Shown here: piece by piece, positions 55,758 to 60,387 of the stretch
How positions within the stretch are numbered: the first letter of the stretch is position 1
Layout: every line of letters starts with the position of its first letter
Source of the DNA: Desulfobacterales bacterium
GTDB lineage: Bacteria; Desulfobacterota; Desulfobacteria; Desulfobacterales; UBA11574
NCBI GenBank assembly: GCA_035529735.1
Contig: DATKWE010000107.1
Coordinates: 1 to 60,387, forward strand
Direction of reading: 5' to 3'
Length of the DNA stretch: 60,387 nt
Notes under the pieces: generated by a model
Seen by the model: the letters and a program-made list of their open reading frames with translations, nothing else
Told to the model about the DNA's origin: nothing
The model's database searches: none
Program-made: the position numbers and the translations under genes

Positions 55758-55848
55758 ATAAGAAACGGTATGAAACTTGGATTTTAAATTGTGGTGCCTT
55801 ATCCACAAAACCAGACGCGACATCATAAACCTGTATGCCGGTTTTAGG

Positions 55849-55878
55849 TAGTGTCCATTCTTGAATGAATCGACACTA
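55849..55878. other. hairpin TAGTGTC-CATTC-tt-GAATG-aatc-GACACTA
   Basis: 7+5 paired bases. The arms resemble the palindrome at the hicA start (TAGTGT/ACACTA). Confidence 0.4.
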
Positions 55879-56015
55879 TGTATAAATCCTTTAATCTAAT
55901 CCGCATGTGCCTGTTCTGTACGAATCGAATTTTGTTTTTTCCTTATTACGTGACGAACCAGATACAATCTTTAACGTTAAACTGCTAATCGAGAAGGAAG
56001 ATAGTAGGAAGTAGT

Positions 56016-56759
56016 ATGCGAACATATATATTTTGCCATAAGAAAGCCTCCACCAGAGAGGATGCTTGGCCACTATGGCTGATGAAGCGCTTTCCTACCT
56101 CAAGCACCTCTCGTATGGATGCAGAGCGCGGTGGACAAAAACTCGGAAGCTGGCGTATGGCAAAACCGAAATTACCACTGAAGGGGCTCTGTGCCACGTG
56201 CAATAATGGCTGGATGAGCAGACTTGAAAACGAAGCCAAGCCTGTTCTGGAATTTATGTTTGATGACAAACTGAAAGACATAGACGCATCAAGCCAATCA
56301 ACGCTCGCACGTTGGGCGGTAAAAACAGCTATGGTTCTTGAGTGTATCAATCCAGATAGGACTTGGTTTTACTCCGTTGACGAGCGTCAACTGATGCGCG
56401 CTACGCAATCTCTTCCGCCACGCACGTCAGTGTGGATTGGCAAATGTATCAACCAACCAAACATTTATAGTGCGGCAAAAGATCTCCGGACCACACCAGA
56501 TGATGGTGGAATCCATGCGTATTCTACTACAATGGCCTTTGGTTCTCTCGCGTTTCAGATTGTGAGCCTCAAAACTCCTGCAACAATCCCTGAAAATGTC
56601 ACTCTGACTTATGATGTCACTGAGGGGCCTTGGGGCCAAACCCTACTTCAGGTGTGGCCAATCACCCAAGAATCAGTGGGGTGGCCACCGCATTACGGTC
56701 TTAATAGTGAATTTGGGCTGGATGCGCTCACTGAGCGGTTAAGTCCTATAACACGCTGA
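56016..56759 (+). CDS. hypothetical protein (247 aa) with an N-terminal C..EDxWPxWL / CxxCNxGW Cys motif
   Basis: AGGAAG RBS 4-5 nt upstream. No family recognised; the motif arrangement is reminiscent of a degenerate HNH/zinc-finger module. First unit of the cassette-like islet. Confidence 0.7.
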   Translation: MRTYIFCHKKASTREDAWPLWLMKRFPTSSTSRMDAERGGQKLGSWRMAKPKLPLKGLCATCNNGWMSRLENEAKPVLEFMFDDKLKDIDASSQSTLARWAVKTAMVLECINPDRTWFYSVDERQLMRATQSLPPRTSVWIGKCINQPNIYSAAKDLRTTPDDGGIHAYSTTMAFGSLAFQIVSLKTPATIPENVTLTYDVTEGPWGQTLLQVWPITQESVGWPPHYGLNSEFGLDALTERLSPITR

Positions 56760-56855
56760 GCCGGGGCGGTTATGTTGGCCGTTTAACATCGCAGTTCAGC
56801 GGACAACCAGGGTCGGGGGATTTTGACTATCTGAGCGAAATTTAAAAGATTGCTT

Positions 56856-56906
56856 TTTTAACAAGGTCAGTGGAAGCCATGGCTGCCCCTGACCGCAGCG
56901 TTATCC
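56856..56906 (+). repeat. attC-like element E1 (TTTTAAC-aa-imperfect stem-gcagc-GTTATCC)
   Basis: Stem GGTCAGTGGAAGC/GCTGCCCCTGACC has 11 bp plus two mismatches. It is flanked by RYYYAAC-like and GTTRRRY-like boxes. Confidence 0.45.
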
Positions 56907-56919
56907 GGCGGGAAAAAAT

Positions 56920-57336
56920 TTAGGCAGATATATCGGACTGGATAGATTGGATAGCATTCTGTGCGGCATGAACTAAGAATGACGATCTGGACATACCGCG
57001 TTTTTTAGCAGCGGCATCAATCTGTTTTAACGTCATTTCAGGCACGGTAACATTCACTCTGACCGTACGGGGTTTGGCATCAGGTACCGAAACGACCAAA
57101 TAAGCGATCGCATTGGCGTAATCGGGATCGCCCATGATTTCTTCGAGCCTGGATGGAACAGGCAATTGTTCGCCGTCTTCGAGCATGCCCTGGATATGAA
57201 GGGTGAGAGCCTCCTGAGCCATATCCTTGGCTTCATCGATATTTTTTCCAGCGGTGATGCATCCGGGAAAGTCCGGAAACGATACGCCGAAATCTGATTT
57301 GGCTTCTTTATGAACGATAGCAATATAGTTTGCCAT
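56920..57336 (-). CDS. hicB: HicB-family antitoxin with a C-terminal ribbon-helix-helix
   Basis: 138 aa with an N-terminal HicB fold (YIAIVHKEAKSDFGVSFPDFPGCITAG) and a CopG-like tail (LKQIDAAAKKRGMSRSSFLVHAA). Confidence 0.9.
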   Translation of the reverse strand: MANYIAIVHKEAKSDFGVSFPDFPGCITAGKNIDEAKDMAQEALTLHIQGMLEDGEQLPVPSRLEEIMGDPDYANAIAYLVVSVPDAKPRTVRVNVTVPEMTLKQIDAAAKKRGMSRSSFLVHAAQNAIQSIQSDISA

Positions 57337-57345
57337 GGTAATACC

Positions 57346-57534
57346 TCAACTAAATTTGATACCTGACCGGCGTTCGATGCTTTTTAGTGTGCCAATCGGT
57401 ATATCCTTTTTTGGGTGTGGAACAGTGACACGCCCTTTCCGTTCCGGATGCCGGAATTGTGTGTGAGAGCCGACTTTTGCAATTTCGTACCACCCATTTT
57501 GTTTGAGTATTTTTAGAATTTTTCGGCTATCCAT
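57346..57534 (-). CDS. hicA: HicA-family mRNA interferase toxin
   Basis: 62 aa from the ATG at 57534, containing KILKQNGWYEIAKVGSHTQFRHP. The listed GTG at 57549 adds five unlikely residues. Confidence 0.9.
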   Translation of the reverse strand: MDSRKILKILKQNGWYEIAKVGSHTQFRHPERKGRVTVPHPKKDIPIGTLKSIERRSGIKFS

Positions 57535-57557
57535 AGTGTGTATTAACACACACTATG
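57532..57557. promoter_or_regulatory. palindrome CATAGTGTG-N8-CACACTATG overlapping the hicA start codon, candidate HicB operator
   Basis: 9+9 perfect inverted repeat. TTGACA (minus strand, 57566-57571) lies upstream. Confidence 0.5.
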
Positions 57558-57585
57558 TTATGTTTTGTCAATATTTATAATTTGC

Positions 57586-57649
57586 GGATAACCTTGCGTT
57601 TTCAGTCGGACGCGTCTAAAGCCGCGCCGTTGAGGCGCCCGGTTATACC
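57586..57649 (+). repeat. attC-like element E2 (GGATAAC-spacer-bulged stem-spacer-GGTTATACC)
   Basis: TTTCAG[T]CGG[A]CGCG pairs with CGCGCCGTTGAGG: 13 pairs with two single-base bulges on the 5' arm. Unpaired spacers of 6-7 nt lie next to both core boxes. Confidence 0.5.
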
Positions 57650-57753
57650 TAAACCGGCAGAGCCAAAAATATAGCCGATAGATAGTTGCATAATATCTTG
57701 TGAAAACATGACAGCATATTGGTTGTAACATACTAATTATAGGAGTCTTAATA

Positions 57754-58608
57754 ATGGAAGATCGGAAATGGATGACAACTTCTGCCGGCGTAAAAATGCC
57801 ACGGATTATTTACGGCACGGCCTGGAAAAAGGACCGCACGGCAGACCTGGTTGTGAAAGCCATCCAGGCCGGATTTAGGGGGATTGATACCGCCTGCCAA
57901 CCGATACACTATAACGAGCCACTGGTAGGAGCAGCGCTTCACAGACTGAAAGATCATGGTATCGAACGTGAGGCCTTGTTCCTACAAACCAAATTCACCC
58001 CACTTTCAGGCCAGGATCTAAGACAAGTGCCATACGATAAGAATTCCCCTGTTGAGTTGCAGGTTGCCCAATCTTTTGAGGCATCGAAAAAAAACCTGCA
58101 AACAGAATATGTGGATTCTCTAATACTTCATTCACCAATGGCACCCCACGCGCTTTTGATGAAGGCATGGAATGCAATGGAAAAAATTCAAAAAACTGGG
58201 GGAGCGCTTCAATTGGGAATCAGCAACTGTTACGATACTGAAGTGATTAGGTCACTCTATGCCGATGCCAACGTGAAGCCGGCGGTTGTACAAAATCGGT
58301 TTTATCAGGAAACGGGGTATGATGCAGACTTGCGTCACTGGTGCTCTGATCATGGGGTTATTTACCAGAGTTTTTGGACCCTTACTGCAAATCCTCATAT
58401 TTTATCCAGCAAAATCGTTCGAACCGTTGCTCAGAAGTATAAAAAAACAGAAGCGCAAATCTTTTTTCGATATCTCAGCCTATCTGGTATCGTGCCGCTT
58501 ACCGGAACGTCTTCTGAGCAGCACATGACAGAAGACCTCAGCATCTTTGATTTTGAGCTTTCTTCTGAGGATTTAAACAATGTGAGTCTCCTGCTAAATC
58601 AGGTATAA
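57754..58608 (+). CDS. aldo/keto reductase
   Basis: 284 aa with AKR motifs (GTAWK, GFRGIDTA, LILHSP) and an AGGAG RBS. Confidence 0.92.
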   Translation: MEDRKWMTTSAGVKMPRIIYGTAWKKDRTADLVVKAIQAGFRGIDTACQPIHYNEPLVGAALHRLKDHGIEREALFLQTKFTPLSGQDLRQVPYDKNSPVELQVAQSFEASKKNLQTEYVDSLILHSPMAPHALLMKAWNAMEKIQKTGGALQLGISNCYDTEVIRSLYADANVKPAVVQNRFYQETGYDADLRHWCSDHGVIYQSFWTLTANPHILSSKIVRTVAQKYKKTEAQIFFRYLSLSGIVPLTGTSSEQHMTEDLSIFDFELSSEDLNNVSLLLNQV

Positions 58609-58684
58609 CCTCTAAGGATTGACACGACATGAAAGGTCGTTTTCAATCGGTGAATTCAAGTTGCAAGTGCACCCCGAATAGAAA
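58602..58684 (+). repeat. degenerate attC-like element E3 starting with GGTATAACC
   Basis: The 9-mer is the exact reverse complement of GGTTATACC at 57641. It shares CGTTTTCA(A/G)TCGG with E2 and contains stems TTGAcACGAC/GTCGTttTCAA and TTTCAATCGG/CCGAATAGAAA. No clear GTTRRRY end. Confidence 0.3.
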
Positions 58685-58803
58685 CTAATAATTTGATGGG
58701 CGTACCCTTAATAAACGGGCGAACACCATGCTCGCGTCCACGAAAATTAAGTCTTGACTTACGGTCTGAATTTAGTACCATATAGGGACCGGAGGTGATA
58801 AAA

Positions 58804-59085
58804 ATGAATATTACAAGTGATATAAGGTCTGTTACCTATCTTAAGTCAAAGGCGGCCGATTTGCTTAATCAAATCAACGAAACCCATCGTCCCGTAATAA
58901 TAACACAGAATGGAGAACCAAGAGGTGTGCTTCAAGACCCTAAAAGTTATGAAAATATGCGTAATGCAATCGGCATATTGAAGTTGGTCTCACAGGGTGA
59001 ATCCGATATTAAAAATGGTAAGGCCAAGTCACAGGAGGATGTATTCAAAGATATTGAAAACTCACTGAAAGAAAAGCTTAAATGA
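58804..59085 (+). CDS. Phd/YefM-family antitoxin
   Basis: GGAGG lies 8 nt before the ATG at 58804. Contains SVTYLKSKAADLLNQINETHRPVIITQNGEPRGVL, and its ATGA stop overlaps the toxin start. Confidence 0.88.
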   Translation: MNITSDIRSVTYLKSKAADLLNQINETHRPVIITQNGEPRGVLQDPKSYENMRNAIGILKLVSQGESDIKNGKAKSQEDVFKDIENSLKEKLK

Positions 59086-59420
59086 GTGACAACTACCAAA
59101 TTGAATGGTCTCGTGTTGCAGAAAATGATTTGAAGGGAATTATCGAATATATTGCAGAAGACAGCCCCGCCAATGCATTAAAACTTCTAAAAAAGATCAA
59201 ACAAAAAGCATCCGGGCTCTACACCCTTCCTGAACGAGGCCGCATAGTGCCGGAGCTTCAAGATCAAGGCATATTTATATATCGTGAATTAATTATCACT
59301 CCCTGGAGAATTATATTCAGAATATCAGAAATGAAGGTTTATGTTTTGTCTGTTTTGGATGCGAGGCAGAACGTTGAAGATATCCTGTTGAACAGATTGA
59401 TTTATCCTGAATTAGGCTAA
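59082..59420 (+). CDS. RelE/ParE-family toxin
   Basis: 112 aa with the typical IEWSRVAENDLKGIIEYIA..PERGRIVPEL..YRELIITPWRIIFRI pattern. Confidence 0.87.
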   Translation: MSDNYQIEWSRVAENDLKGIIEYIAEDSPANALKLLKKIKQKASGLYTLPERGRIVPELQDQGIFIYRELIITPWRIIFRISEMKVYVLSVLDARQNVEDILLNRLIYPELG

Positions 59421-59427
59421 CGAAGCA

Positions 59428-59754
59428 ATGATTATGCCTGAGCGATTCGTCAGTGAAGTCATCAGACCTGTGGTTGCCACATGTGACACCTCGCGCATGG
59501 CAGCCGGGGAGCCTGGACTCCCGCGTGAGTTCGTGTGGCGAGGTCGAACCATTAAGATTGCGGCTGTACTGCGCACCTGGCGTGAAACCGGGAAATGTCG
59601 CCACGGCAGTTCCGAGTTATATGTTCGCAAGCACTGGTTCGAGGTCGCCACGACCTCCAACAGCACGATGAAAATCTATTTCGATAGGCAGCCTCGCGGT
59701 GGACGCAAGAGGGATAGATGGTGGCTTTTAACCATTTGTGAGTCAGAGGAATAA
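59428..59754 (+). CDS. DUF6504-like hypothetical protein
   Basis: 108 aa. REFVWRGRTIKI..YVRKHWFEV..IYFDRQ..WWLL resembles the DUF6504 pattern as I recall it. Starts 7 nt after the relE-like stop. Confidence 0.6.
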   Translation: MIMPERFVSEVIRPVVATCDTSRMAAGEPGLPREFVWRGRTIKIAAVLRTWRETGKCRHGSSELYVRKHWFEVATTSNSTMKIYFDRQPRGGRKRDRWWLLTICESEE

Positions 59755-59868
59755 ATTTCCAAAAATTAGACGGATTATGGTCGAGTGTTCGTCGTTGCCG
59801 GGAATCTGAACACCGGCGCGAAAAAACGCGCCAGAAATCATCTTTAAAAAGAGAAGTAAGGAGAATTC

Positions 59869-60198
59869 ATGGGGAAAAAATACACTATAGTAGACGGGAT
59901 GGAGTTGTTAAAAGAGCAACTACCCAACGTGGCGAACGCCTTCGGAGTCCTTCGTGACGAAGCGACCAAAGACGGCGTATTGAGTGCCAGAACCAAGAGA
60001 TTGATGATGGTAGCGGTTTCAGTGGCGCAGCGCTGCGAACCTTGCATCCGAACACATGTAAAGGCGGCTGTTGAAATGGGGGTGTCCCGTACAGAAATCC
60101 TGGAAGCAACGGGAATCTCTATTCTGATGGCGGGAGGTCCTGCCATTGCTTATACTTCAACGGTTGTTTTGGAAGTCCTTGATGAAATGGGCGTTTGA
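59869..60198 (+). CDS. carboxymuconolactone decarboxylase (AhpD-like) family protein
   Basis: 109 aa containing TKRLMMVAVSVAQRCEPCIRTHV (CxxC) and an AAGGAG RBS. Confidence 0.87.
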   Translation: MGKKYTIVDGMELLKEQLPNVANAFGVLRDEATKDGVLSARTKRLMMVAVSVAQRCEPCIRTHVKAAVEMGVSRTEILEATGISILMAGGPAIAYTSTVVLEVLDEMGV

Positions 60199-60260
60199 AA
60201 GAAACAGAAGATCGAAAAGGCAAAAAAAAAGGGCCCTTATGCAAATAAGGAAATTATAAA

Positions 60261-60387
60261 ATGATAAACGTAATTGCATCAATACACATTAAAGAAGGTC
60301 GATTATCAGAGTTTGTTGAGATTTTCAAATCCAATATTCCAAATGTTCTTGAAGAGAAGGGATGTATAGAGTATGTGCCAACCATTG
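60261..60387 (+). CDS. partial ABM-domain (antibiotic biosynthesis monooxygenase-like) protein, 3' end outside the window
   Basis: MINVIASIHIKEGRLSEFVEIF..EEKGCIEYVP matches the ABM/quinol monooxygenase N-terminal pattern. AAGGA RBS upstream. Truncated by the window edge. Confidence 0.5.
   Translation, partial: MINVIASIHIKEGRLSEFVEIFKSNIPNVLEEKGCIEYVPTI

Noticed and set aside
59755-60260. Search for further attC-like elements after the phd/relE/DUF6504 and CMD genes
   Set aside because: Hairpins are present (GTGTTC..GAACAC, GGCGCG-aaaaaa-CGCGCC, CCTTAT-gcaa-ATAAGG). None is flanked by AAC/GTT core boxes complementary to a unit boundary, so I do not extend the cassette model past E3.
1-60387. 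In-frame TGA (selenocysteine) recoding or split genes other than the cyclase
   Set aside because: I looked for adjacent same-strand ORF pairs that would join across a stop codon. None was found apart from the 48043 frameshift.

Overview
A 60.4-kb chromosomal window that reads like a Desulfobacterota (Desulfobacterales-type) genome. That placement is inferred from gene content and repeat types, not from any search. All family calls below are by-eye motif recognition.

Gene order:
- thrS plus a small Cys-rich ORF (-), then rnd and an MBL hydrolase.
- A TetR / acyl-CoA dehydrogenase / etfB / etfA operon (-) with a perfect 9+9 palindromic operator.
- A secreted MBL hydrolase, a rhomboid protease, a B12-type radical SAM protein and a Memo-like protein.
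- A thioesterase, an FmdB zinc ribbon and tRNA-Val(GAC).
- A complete dcw cluster at 14.5-32 kb: mraZ-rsmH-ftsL-ftsI-murE/murF(fused)-mraY-murD-ftsW-murG-murC-murB-ftsQ-ftsA-ftsZ, followed by a large radical SAM gene.
- A signalling block at 34-40 kb: PilZ, hybrid histidine kinase, receiver, PAS-LuxR, PilZ.
- A YkgJ-like Cys-cluster protein.
- A sigma-54 activator divergent from a -24/-12 promoter. That promoter drives a tightly coupled four-gene cassette at 43.1-47.1 kb: AdoMetDC-like pyruvoyl-type protein, FemAB/CelD-like GNAT, ATP-grasp ligase, type-III PLP decarboxylase. This is my best candidate for an undescribed small-molecule pathway.
- A frameshifted receiver-nucleotidyl cyclase.
- An operon of a triple Cys-repeat protein with lipB and lipA.
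- A fused TIGR04282/TIGR04283-like transferase with TVP38 and DUF3047 neighbours, then an OYE flavoenzyme.
- An accessory islet at 55.8-60.4 kb with hicAB, a phd/relE-type pair and orphan genes. These are separated by attC-like imperfect hairpins whose core boxes follow integron-cassette logic, but there is no integrase in the window.

I saw no rRNA, CRISPR array, IS element or prophage genes.
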